A stretch of DNA of 63,985 nt, counting the filler, from an uncultured bacterium (GTDB lineage: Bacteria > Auribacterota > CAZIXI01): NCBI GenBank assembly GCA_964543115.1. It is 6 parts of 6 records of this genome, joined end to end, with 100 filler letters (N's around TTAATTAATTAA, not from the genome) between each part and the next. Parts side by side here need not be neighbours in the genome. Positions count along the whole stretch, not along the records: positions 35,083 to 46,547 come from CAZIXI010000098.1; positions 46,648 to 58,105 come from CAZIXI010000099.1; 4 more parts are not named here. The stretch is one strand, 5' to 3'. Below the pieces are notes generated by a model, which did no database searches, was not told where the DNA came from, and saw only the letters and a program-made list of their open reading frames with translations. This document shows, one piece after another, positions 42,094-52,600 of this stretch. Every line of letters begins with the position of its first letter. Within the stretch, counting starts at the first letter, position 1. A program made the position numbers and the translations under genes.

Positions 42094-44760
42094 CTAATTG
42101 CCGCCAATGCTATAATGTCCATCCCCACTATCCTGATACATAGCCCGGCCCACCACAATGCCCACGTTATCAGCAGAGGAGACCTGGGTGGAAAAGCCGG
42201 TAACATCATCCATATCAGAGACATCGTTGACCTTAAGTGTTGCCCGGCTGTTGGCGGGGATGGTCTGTGTGGCCTGTACAGTGGTGCCGTCTTCATTCAT
42301 CAAGGTGTAGGTAGCGGTAGTGGAAGTGCTGTTGGGATTGAGGATTGGCACATAAGTGTCAAAGCCGTTGGTGCAGCCTTCGGCCAGGTACCAGGTGGTG
42401 CCTGTGCTGGGAGAGGCGATGCCGCAGGTGGCAATAGTATCGTTATATAGTGCTTGTTCCACAACTATACTAGCGGTGGCTGTGATTTTGGCGCCTACGC
42501 CATTGAGATCGGCCAAGCCGGAAATATCATTGATCGCTGTTGTGTATCTGCTATAGGCGCCGATACTGGCGGTGCTTTCCACGGTTGTGCCGTCTTCTTT
42601 ATAAAAGGTGCAGGTAGCGGTAGTGGCAGAGCTATTGGGATTGGTAATCAGGACATATTGCCTGAACCCATTAGTTGCCCCTTCCGGCAAATACCAGGTA
42701 GTGTTTAAGGCAGGGGTTCCGATACTACAAGTCCCTCGGTCATCCATGTACATTGACCGTTCAACAACAATTCCACCGGTATTAGTGGTTGTGATTTTCG
42801 CGCCGATGCCATTAAGATTGCCCAGATCAGTTAAATTGTCTACCTGCACGGTATATCTGCTGGTTGCCGGCACGCTAATATCATCTGGTGTTACTGTTGT
42901 GCCGTCTTCAGTGTAAAACTCCATACTAACAGTGACGGCGGTATCATTGGGGTTAAGCATAAGCAGCCATTCGTCGAAGGGAGCGGCAGTGGCGCCTTCG
43001 GCAAAGTACCAGGTAGTAGCGGTATTGCTTGTGCCCTGACTGGTATGGCAGGCACCATTAGTGAGGTACATTGAGCGGTTGGCTTTAATGCTAACGTCGT
43101 TGATTGCTTCTATTTTGGCAGAAACATCATTATTGTTGAAACCGTCCACGGAGGAGAGAGAGGAATTTAGATTGATACTGTATCTGCTGGTTGGCATTAT
43201 ATTAATGCCGGTTAGTGTAGTAGTGGTGCCGGATTCATTATAGAAAGTAGCGGTTACCTCCGCTGTAGAGGCAGTGGGGTTTTGCACTAAAATCCAGGTA
43301 TCGAATCCCTCCCGGGTACAGCCTTCGGCAAAATACCAGGTACTGGAGAGATATTCATAACAGCCGATGTCATAACTGGGTCCTTGCGGCCGGGTATTTC
43401 CGTCCCGGTCTGTTGTTGGCGCGCCGCTGCTGGTACCTCCATTAATGCAGGGTGATGGAGACAGGAGATGGTAGTTGCTCTCAGCGGGTAGAAATCTCGG
43501 GTTTGTGCCGATATTACCAGTAGAGGCTGGAATGGTAATCGCATTTATTTCAGCTATGCTATAGGTAGTAAATGTTGATCCCTGATCCGCTGTAGTGGCG
43601 TAGGGGGCAGTGGTGTTGTTGTAAAAAAGGTTATATTGCATTGCTGTTATCGGGGTTTCGTTTGCATCCACAATGCCGTACGTAGGAGCATCGGCAATAA
43701 TGCAATTTGTAAAAGTGGCAGAGGAACCGGAAGCAACGAATATTGTTCCGCCGGATTGTTCGGTGTTATTTGCAATCGTACAATTTGTCAAAGTTAGATC
43801 ATCACATTGGATCCAGAGACCAGAGCCAGTACCCGCTATTTCATTATTTGTTATTAGGCAATTTGTTACTGTTACGGGAGACGCTGTTGGGTTAACGATT
43901 CTTAAGCCGCCGCCACCGCCGCCCGTTGCCGAATTACTGGATATGGTACAGCCGGTTATTGTTGTCTCACAGCCTGCGCCAGTAGTAATACCGCCTCCTC
44001 CGGGGCCGCCTGTGGTATTACTAGCGACAGTACAGCCGGTTATTGTGGCTGTAGCTCCATCAGAAATAGAAATACCACCGCCATTGCTTTCAGAGGTATT
44101 ACTGGAAATGGTGGAGTTTGTAATGGTGGCTGTTACTCCACCGCCATCTATACGTATTCCTCCGCCTTCATTTTGTGTAGCGGTGTTATTGGAAATTGTT
44201 GAATCAATGATGGTAAGTGTGCCTCCGGCATCAACACTAATCCCGGCGCTGCTTTCCGCGCTGTTATTGGCAACCGTGCAGCTGTCTAATGTGCAGGTAG
44301 CGCCGTCGGTTATATCAATGCCGCCGGCAGATTGATTAGTAGTAGTATTATTACTGATTGTGCAGTCAGAAATAGTGACGGTAGCCCCATCTGTTATATA
44401 AATTCCGGATCCTGTCTCGCCATCAATCGCGCCATTGGTTAATGTCAGGCCGGAAATATTTACTGTTGCGCCGGTAATTTCCATTACCCGGTTATTACCG
44501 CCGGCATTAACTATAGTTGTATCCTGGTCCGCTCCGGTAATGGTCAGAGGAGATAGAGGACCATCTATGTAAATATTTGAATCACTATACGTGCCTGCCG
44601 CTATAATAATAGTATCGCCTGCGCTGGAGGCGACAACGGCAGCGTTTAGCGTGGGATAATCTGCCGGTACGTTAATGGTAGCCGCAAATGCGCTGCCGGC
44701 GAGGAAGACTAGAACAAATAGAACAGTAACCAGAAAAAAAAGAAAAGAACAACTCTTCAT
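42094..44760 (-). CDS. Secreted right-handed beta-helix protein with choice-of-anchor-Q-like motif and 4 WYxAEG (DUF5719-like) repeats
   Basis: Signal peptide ending SAFA; repeated I..CTI..N....GGGI; YHLLSPSPCINGG...DRDGNTRPQGPSYDIGCYEY. Confidence 0.87.
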   Translation of the reverse strand: MKSCSFLFFLVTVLFVLVFLAGSAFAATINVPADYPTLNAAVVASSAGDTIIIAAGTYSDSNIYIDGPLSPLTITGADQDTTIVNAGGNNRVMEITGATVNISGLTLTNGAIDGETGSGIYITDGATVTISDCTISNNTTTNQSAGGIDITDGATCTLDSCTVANNSAESSAGISVDAGGTLTIIDSTISNNTATQNEGGGIRIDGGGVTATITNSTISSNTSESNGGGISISDGATATITGCTVASNTTGGPGGGGITTGAGCETTITGCTISSNSATGGGGGGLRIVNPTASPVTVTNCLITNNEIAGTGSGLWIQCDDLTLTNCTIANNTEQSGGTIFVASGSSATFTNCIIADAPTYGIVDANETPITAMQYNLFYNNTTAPYATTADQGSTFTTYSIAEINAITIPASTGNIGTNPRFLPAESNYHLLSPSPCINGGTSSGAPTTDRDGNTRPQGPSYDIGCYEYLSSTWYFAEGCTREGFDTWILVQNPTASTAEVTATFYNESGTTTTLTGINIMPTSRYSINLNSSLSSVDGFNNNDVSAKIEAINDVSIKANRSMYLTNGACHTSQGTSNTATTWYFAEGATAAPFDEWLLMLNPNDTAVTVSMEFYTEDGTTVTPDDISVPATSRYTVQVDNLTDLGNLNGIGAKITTTNTGGIVVERSMYMDDRGTCSIGTPALNTTWYLPEGATNGFRQYVLITNPNSSATTATCTFYKEDGTTVESTASIGAYSRYTTAINDISGLADLNGVGAKITATASIVVEQALYNDTIATCGIASPSTGTTWYLAEGCTNGFDTYVPILNPNSTSTTATYTLMNEDGTTVQATQTIPANSRATLKVNDVSDMDDVTGFSTQVSSADNVGIVVGRAMYQDSGDGHYSIGGN

Positions 44761-44780
44761 GCATTCCCCCTTTCAATAGA

Positions 44781-44826
44781 GTAGAGACGTTTCACGGAGA
44801 CGTTTCACGGAGACGTTTCACGGAGA
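44781..44826 (+). repeat. Three tandem copies of 13-bp GAGACGTTTCACG preceded by GTA
   Basis: Exact copies at 44784-44822, intergenic. Confidence 0.9.
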
Positions 44827-44866
44827 GAAACCATAGAATACTCAATAATTTTTTGTTGGCAAAGTT

Positions 44867-45976
44867 TTAGCGGGATTCAGAACCATACATCCCGGGTCCG
44901 CTGCTACTACTACTGCGGCTTTCAGTGCCGTAAATGCCGGGTCCGGCGCCGCTTGAGCTGCGGCTTTCAGTGCCATAAATTCCTGGACCGGCACCGCTGC
45001 TGGTTCTACGTTCAGTACCATATATTCCGGGACCGCTGCTGGTACTTTTCGTTTCAGCGCCGTAAATGGTTGATCCGCTGCCGGTGCTTGTCGGTGGTCT
45101 GTAATCAGCGCTGGCGTCTTTTATTTCCGTACTATATATACGTTTACCCGTATCGGAAGTAGTAGTTGTTTCACTTCCCGGAGGCGCGTATTTATCACTG
45201 GCATCTTCAATCTTTTTAGTGGAAGCGGTAGTTGACTCTTCTTCTTCCGGGGTGGCTTCTTCCTCTTCTCCGCCGCTGAATACCAGGTCCACACTTTCAA
45301 TTACTGATTCAGTGTCCGCGTAAGGATCATAATTGAATTTATAATTTTTTAAGGGCATTTTCCTGAAGACGGATTCCAGGCCTTTCTTTAAAGTAGATTT
45401 ACTGACTTTTACGGAAATCTCTTCCTCCGGGATGTCCCCGGTGACATTGAATATAAGCCCTGTTTCTGTTTCCAGGTCTGAAATAACCCCCAGGATTGAT
45501 TCATTTTTAATGTTTACCGTCAGGGAACCATCTTCATAAGTTACCGGAGTATCGCTGGGGTAATTATATGAATCAGCAGAATCACTTTTAGCGGAAGGGG
45601 CAGTGTCGCTGGCACTCTCACAATATATCTCTATTGATTCAACATCTCCCGCGGTTTCACCTTCAGAGATAAGATAATTATCCAGCGCGTAGATACTTAA
45701 AATTTCTAGTAATCCGTTTTCTAAATCCATTTCACCGAAGTATACTGTTTCTTTTGCCGTCGGTGGTGTGCCGTTAAAGCGGTAATCAACTTTTGTTTTT
45801 CCCTTGACCGCGGCCATAACTTCTCTGACGGTGGCCTCTTCGGCAGAAACAGAAATCAAGCCGTCCTCGAAGGTTACTTCGATGGTGCCGGCCTTTGCCT
45901 CAGAAGAGAAAAACAAAACTGAGATTAGCAACCCTGACAACAAAACACTAAATAACTTTTTATTCTGTACTGACAT
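44867..45976 (-). CDS. Secreted protein with two STN/secretin-N-like domains and C-terminal GPGIYG repeats
   Basis: Signal peptide ending AKA; two VTxEDG.(I/L).V...(V/I)..V...(V/L) units; C-terminal IYG(T/A)E tandem repeats; AAGGAGG RBS before ATG 45976. Confidence 0.7.
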   Translation of the reverse strand: MSVQNKKLFSVLLSGLLISVLFFSSEAKAGTIEVTFEDGLISVSAEEATVREVMAAVKGKTKVDYRFNGTPPTAKETVYFGEMDLENGLLEILSIYALDNYLISEGETAGDVESIEIYCESASDTAPSAKSDSADSYNYPSDTPVTYEDGSLTVNIKNESILGVISDLETETGLIFNVTGDIPEEEISVKVSKSTLKKGLESVFRKMPLKNYKFNYDPYADTESVIESVDLVFSGGEEEEATPEEEESTTASTKKIEDASDKYAPPGSETTTTSDTGKRIYSTEIKDASADYRPPTSTGSGSTIYGAETKSTSSGPGIYGTERRTSSGAGPGIYGTESRSSSGAGPGIYGTESRSSSSSGPGMYGSESR

Positions 45977-46001
45977 AGACCCTCCTTTCATATATACATA
46001 T

Positions 46002-46030
46002 ATTTTAACAAAAAACTGGCCTTAAAGCAA
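46002..46030 (-). promoter_or_regulatory. Sigma70-type promoter
   Basis: TTGCTT-17 bp-TAAAAT. Confidence 0.55.
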
Positions 46031-46181
46031 ATTCTTTTGAATCGTGGAAAAACAGGCAAAATAAGGTTAATGCACCAACTTAATGGTAAAAATAAGGCTG
46101 GATACGTAGCCCACGCGGTTAACGACCTGCAAGTCAGCTACTTAAGCGAAATAGGCTTTTGTCCGGGTCCTCAGAATCAAC

Positions 46182-46271
46182 TTGAAAAACAGCTGCGCTT
46201 CTGGTAATATGCTAATAGCGAAAAAAATATTGTTTTTTTCTCTTGACACCACTGGCAGATTATAATAAATT
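46182..46271 (+). promoter_or_regulatory. Tandem rRNA operon promoters P1/P2
   Basis: TTGAAA-17-TAATAT (46182-46210) and TTGACA-17-TAAATT (46243-46271) followed by GC-rich ACGCGC. Confidence 0.7.
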
Positions 46272-46331
46272 ACGCGCACTAAAGCAATTTACTAAAAGTT
46301 GCTTATAGGGTTTTTTGTTTGTTTTTACTAT

Positions 46332-46343
46332 TGTTCTTTGAGA
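46332..46343 (+). promoter_or_regulatory. rrn antitermination boxA
   Basis: TGTTCTTTGAGA between the promoters and 16S. Confidence 0.65.
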
Positions 46344-46385
46344 TTTTTATTGTGCGATGTACCCACAATTCCACGTGCTATTCTT

Positions 46386-46445
46386 CGGTAGCGGAATTTT
46401 TAAATTCCGTTACCGCCCCGAGAAGCCCGAAGGGCGACGAGGGGT
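46386..46445. repeat. Dispersed double-hairpin element, copy 2, inside the rrn leader
   Basis: Reverse complement aligns with 32601-32661. Confidence 0.8.
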
Positions 46446-46493
46446 TTCATTTTTGTCCGCCGAAGGCGGGCATTTTGTTTATTTAGAATACAC

Positions 46494-46547
46494 TTTATGG
46501 AGAGTTTGATCCTGGCTCAGAACGAACGCTGGCGGCGTGGATTAGGC
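46494..46547 (+). rRNA. rrs: 16S rRNA 5' end, truncated at contig end
   Basis: AGAGTTTGATCCTGGCTCAG (27F site) at 46501-46520 then AACGAACGCTGGCGGCGTGGATTAGGC; 5' boundary approximate. Confidence 0.96.
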
Positions 46548-46647
46548 NNNNNNNNNNNNNNNNNNNNNNNNNNNNNNNNNNNNNNNNNNNNTTAATTAAT
46601 TAANNNNNNNNNNNNNNNNNNNNNNNNNNNNNNNNNNNNNNNNNNNN
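46548..46647. other. Artificial contig spacer
   Basis: N run with TTAATTAATTAA. Confidence 0.97.
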
Positions 46648-49600
46648 GTTTCTGAATGCTTTTTCTGACAAAATACCACTGTCTGGATCAGCAAGCGCCT
46701 GTTTGGTTGTGGCTACTGAGAGGCCGCTGCTGCCGATCTGCACCGCCAGTGAAACGGCAATTTTCAGCATACTGCTCCAGACCATTTTACTGTGCAGAAG
46801 ATCCTTATCCGCCCGATGATCATACTGGTATTGAGCAATTTTCGCCTCAAGTTCCAGGCACCTGCCTGATTTGAAATAATCCGCAAAAGCTCTTTTCCAC
46901 TCTACATCGGAAAGTTTGACATCATACACCCCGCAATCTACAAGCACAGAAACCATATAAACAACATATTCCAGCACAACGTCCTTTAAGGCCTCCAGCG
47001 TGGCCCGTAAGACGGCGCGGGCAAAATTCTCCACGCTTGCCTCGACCGTGTATTTAACGCCACTCCTGAAAGCTTCCTTTACGCCTGCCTCCACTGCCGC
47101 TTCACCCGCCTCTTTTGCCGCAACCTCAACCAACTCTTCCGTGCCTGTCTCTACCCCTTCCTGGAGCAGGTCCTTGCCGGCGGCAACGGAATCATAGGCC
47201 GCGCCAAAAATGGTTAGGGCAAAGTCAATAATAAGCAAGGCGATGGCAGTGGCATCATAGATTTCATCCCAGTCCTTACCCAGCACCCACTTGTCAAAAG
47301 CAACATCAATCGCTTCATTAATAAAAAACGCTATGAACGCACCGCCGGGAACAAAAATTGTTAACAGGATTGTGCCGATTGCCTTACAAATTCCAATAAT
47401 TATTTGTATCGTATTAGAGTTCCACCATTCCTGATTTCGTTCATACTTATAGATTTGCGTATCGTCAGCAAGAATAGTGGATGACTGTCTAACCCTGCCG
47501 TTAAGGCCATAGCTGTAGCTGGTGGCCACTTTCTTGCCGTCGCAATCATAATCGGTGACATCGATCCTCCCTTTGGAACCTTCCTGCACAAAGGTCTTGC
47601 TGCGGTAACTGCTAGTAGTAACAACGGTAGCCATCAGGCCGAAGGCATTGTAGGTATACCTCTGTTCCGTTCTGCCGGTCTTGGTCTTGGTCCAAACACG
47701 TTCGTCTTCCACTTCGATCTCAAAATCGCGCGCCTGCTTACTTCCTTTATAGATAAGCTGGCCGCGACTGTTGTAGCGGTACTCATCGTTTATAGTGCCG
47801 TTTTCATAGGACCAGATCACTTGATTATTTTGGTCGTAGAGGTAGATGGATTCACTGGAAGAATTATTGGCATTACTAAGGCCATCGGCTTTGGAGGAGA
47901 TAAAATCCCAAATGCTACTTTCCAGAATCTCATCATAGGCCTCCCGTTTTAATCCTATTGTCTGCAGTTCGTCAAGTGCCGCATAGTATTCCGGCGGGTA
48001 ACTATAACTATCATCCTTATCTTTCTTCCTCTGACAAGCTCTTACATAATCAACTAAGTCTTGTTCCTTATCTTCCGGATCGGCAAAATTTTCGCGGCTT
48101 CCGGAAATGACATCCATCTCCACACCCGTATATTTCACGGATTTATTGGTAAGGTTGCCGTTAAGATCATAGGACATGCGCACGGTCATATAGCCACTAA
48201 CCTCAAGGCCGTGTTCCAATATGTAGTCATACGCCTCTTTAACTTCATCGCTCCAATCGGAGGTGTCCAGACCGTCAAGATAATCTCCGGCATTAAACAA
48301 TTGATAGGTAAAATTTTCCTGGTAACCGGTAACGTTACCGAACACATCATAACAGAAATTCCGCCGCTCATATTCGTACCTGGTCAGGCCGCCGTCAGTG
48401 GTCATCAGGCCGTGGATATAGCTTATCCGGCCGTATTCATCATACTCGATATCCTGAACCTCCCGGGTGATTGAAGACATCTGCTCCAGCACCTTACCGT
48501 CTTCGTCAACAACCTTACCGCTGGAATAGACAAGCGTAACGCTATGCTCTATCTGACCGTCTTCATTATAGCGGTAACGGTTTACCGTCACTTCCTGCAG
48601 GGCCGGCGCGGCATTATCATAAAGCAGTGTCTGCCGGGATTCGATCACATTACCGTTTTCATCATACTGGTACTCGGTATAGGTTTCCCGCCGGCGGCCG
48701 TCTGTGGCTTTATTATTAATAGTTTTGCAGGCAGTCCAGACTATATTGGCAATATTGAGTTCCGGAATCATTTCCGCCATTTCTTCATAAAAATCCTCGT
48801 CCACACCACCGGTTAAATACGCATCAACCAACTCGCCGGCTTGTTCTGAACGCATAATGATTAATCTTTTCAGGTCGTTTACATGGTCATAATGTCCATC
48901 AAACACATCAATAGAAGAATCCAGATCAAAACCGCGCATTTCCCCGCTGGCCTCATCATATTCAATATTCTCAATCCGCTGCTTTCCCTGGGCGGTATAG
49001 AAAGTAAAGGCCTCCACCCGGCCGTATTCATCCCACTCAATATCCGTAACCGCATAGGTCTTTCCACCGATCACTCTATCAAACGACACAAGCCAGCCTT
49101 CTTCATCATAAACGAAATTTTCCAGCTTCGCTTCATCTTTACCCGTTTCTCCGCTCACGGTCCAGGTTTCTTCATTAACAGAAACCACCTGGTTAAGGCC
49201 GTTATAAACATTTTCCACATGACTGGTTGATCGCTTGTTTTCTTCAACCGCGCTATCACCAAGATACTTAGCGGTATCTTCCACGATTACCCGGCCGAAC
49301 TTATCGTATTCCTTGGTTGTTTCCGTATAAGTCTCCAGTCCGGAAACACCGATTGTCATGGTTTCGTCTTCTGAGAGCCACTCGGTATCTGTCTCAAAAA
49401 ACCACAGCCCTAGTATCTCATCACCCTCATAGGTGGTAGTGTCCACCGCATCACCCCAACCAGTAAAAATGAGGTTTGTATCATTCGCCGCATCTGTAAG
49501 CGTATTGTATTGCGCCTCAAATTTCTCTACGGTTACGGATTCAACATTGCCCTGGTCATCAAAGTTGATGTATATTTCAAACTTTACCGTATATTGGCCG

Positions 49601-52600
49601 TCTTCATCTTTCTCTAGCCAGCTAAGTTTGAAAGTATTTGAACCAATCCATTCCCCTTCATTCAGAAATTCTTCCGAAGTAAGATCAATATACAGTTCCC
49701 CTTCCCATTCTCCCCAGGCACTAACACCGACAATATTGCCGTGATTGTCATACTCATACTCTTCAATCTGCGGGTTTTCTAAATTATCATAACCGCTCAC
49801 ATAGCTATGGGTGGCCATCCGGCCGTATTCATCATAGGTATATGAACCCCAGGTCTCTCCTTCTTCAGGCTCCCCGGCAATATAGTCCGGCCAGCCGGCA
49901 CCGCTGTCCAGTCCGGGCATATCCATTAACCACATTACAGAAACTTCCCTATTCGTACCGGCGAAATAGGCCCCTAACAAAATCGGCGGCACATTCTCAA
50001 ACAAGCCCAGATAACCAAAGGCCTCCTCCATGTCTTCCGGTCCCATATAATTGCCCTTGGCGTTGCGGAACTCCACTTTAAAAGACATTAATTGTCCCTC
50101 ATCATAATTAAAATCTGTGAATTCCACGTAACTGCCGTCACTATTGTAAATGCGCATTGAGGCAATCAGCCCATCTTCGGTATATGTTACTTCTGCTTCA
50201 TGATATTGCCCGTTCTCATCTATAAAGGCATACTTGGTTACCCGGCCCTGTTCGTCGCGTTCCAGCACCTTTAGGTTATCCGCATCAGTAAAAGGATCTT
50301 CGGCCACCTCTTTCCCATCCGGTTTAGTGACCCGGTGGTAATCCTTTACCTGACCGAAACTGTTGTAGTTGTATTTGGCGATGGTTACCGTTGTTACTTC
50401 AGAACCCTCCGCCTGGGTTTCAGTTCGTTCATAAACTACCTGGCCATGAATATTGTACTGGTAATAAACCTTGGTATGGGTTGTGGAATCAAGGACAGAA
50501 ACCTCGGGCAGCACATCCAGCACACTAGTGGGATCAAGAATGCCCAGGGATTCATCAAAGAAAAAGCCCATCACACCTGAAGCCAGCACTGAGGCCTCGG
50601 AACCAAGGGTGGTCTCAGTTTCTTTATTTACATATAAATAATGTGATTTACCATCACCATCCGCGTCAACTTCATAAAAAATAGTGTCCCAATCCACATT
50701 ACCGTTTTCATCCCACAACACTGATTCCGGAACATCATAAACCGTGTACACAGTTTCCATCTCACCATCATCACCTTCTTCAGTTGTTACTTTAACCAGC
50801 GCGGAATATTCATTTCCGTCTTCATCAACCGAAGTAATCAAGTAGTAAGTGCTGTCCTGGGCGGCATCCGCGGGACAGACCTCCACCGAATACCAGTTGG
50901 TTTCACCGGTCTCGTTGTTGGTATGGTTATATTCCCAGGAGGTAATCGTGCCCTCTTCATCCCGGGTGATATCATACTGCCAGGTGTTTCCTTCGTCATC
51001 GGCAATGACAATCTTGGTTATCTCCTCATTATCGTCTTTCCACACCGTGTAGGTTTTACCATCATACTCATAGGTATAACTGCCGTTTCCATTATCAGTC
51101 ATTATTAATGTCTGCTCATCGCCGTTTTCGTCTATCCATTTGATATAGCAACCATCATCTGTTTCTATTATTTCATAATCCTCCCAATCCTCATTTACAT
51201 CTATTCCCGCTGTAGTAGCGGTACGGTCCACCCAGGAAATCTGGCCAAGTTCATTGTAGTGATAAATTTCATCTACCTTAGTGCCGTAATCCAGTTCGGT
51301 ATTAAAACTGTAGACTGATTTACCGCGCAGGCGGCCGTGGATATCGTAACTGTAATTTGTTATTGTCACATCGGTTGTGGTTTCATACTCCTCTGCCAGT
51401 GGGAACATTACCTGAGCGGCTGTGGCCGCTTCTTCCGCCCGCACTGCTTCAGCCTCAGCCTCAGCTGCCGGCGATACCCCTTTCTTTTCCTGGATTTCTT
51501 CTGCTATTTCTTCTTTTCTTTTCGCACTCAACTCCTTGCCTTCTTCTTCAAACAGAAAGGTAACGGTGGTAGCCAGTTCCCGTATTACCCGGCCCAGACT
51601 ATCATATTCATATAAAGTTGTAGTAAGCGTGGAATCAGCTGTTTCGTTCGTGTGTTTTTCCTCGATTTTCTTGGTCATCCGCCCCTGGTCATCATATTCG
51701 TAGCGGATAATGCTGTAGCTCCAGCTATTCAGCACATCAAAAAGGGAGACAGAAACCTTTGTCCCCGGGCCAGTAGCCGTTTCCCTGTCCTGCAACGCTG
51801 TGGAAAATAATTCCGGCAGCGCCAACAGTAAGGCAGTCAATTCTTCGGATCCGGCCCCGCCGTGATGATAGTCATCTTCATCTTCTCTGCCTTCACCGGC
51901 ACGCTCCGCTATAGAAAGATCCAAACTGTTACCCAGCAGGTCACGCACCTTGATATCCAGGAACTTTTGCCTTACGTCCGGCAGCGGCGTAACCAGCACT
52001 CCGGCACCGCCTTCAATCGTCTTCCAGTCTGCTGCCTCGGGTATTGTCGGCAAACCAAAGGCAGCAAGCAAAACATTTCGCAGCGGCACAAATACATCAG
52101 TTTTGTATTCAACAACCAGTGTACTGCCAGCCAGAGGAACTATTTCTCTTACCACCCCCGGAGCGACTGCCTGGCGCCGGATTCGCTGATCAGCAGCAGC
52201 CAGCTCTTCTTTTGCCAAGGGCTGGACAATTTCTTCAGCAGCGGGTTCGACAGACGGCTTTACTTTTTCAGCGGCTTCTTCTGCTTCAAGTTCCTCGCCC
52301 ACCTTAGTTTTGGCTACTTCAGTGATTTCCAGATCTGTAATTTCCCTCTTTTCCGCGGGCTTTTCTGCCGGCGCTATCTTGGCGCTTTCCGCTTCACCCA
52401 GTTTGGCCCGGTCTTCCTCTACTATGGTGCGTTTTTTGGTAACAGGTTCGGCAGCCACTACCTCTGCTTTTTCATCGGTAATCTCTGTTGGCTCGGCAAC
52501 AATTACCGCGCTGGCTGACTTGCCTAATTTAGCCGGTTCTTTTAATTCTGCCAATACCAGCTCAGCATAATCTGCAGGCTGGGCTATTTTCAGTTCCGGC

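Noticed and set aside
44784..44826. Possible CRISPR array
   Set aside because: 13-bp units with no spacers and no cas genes
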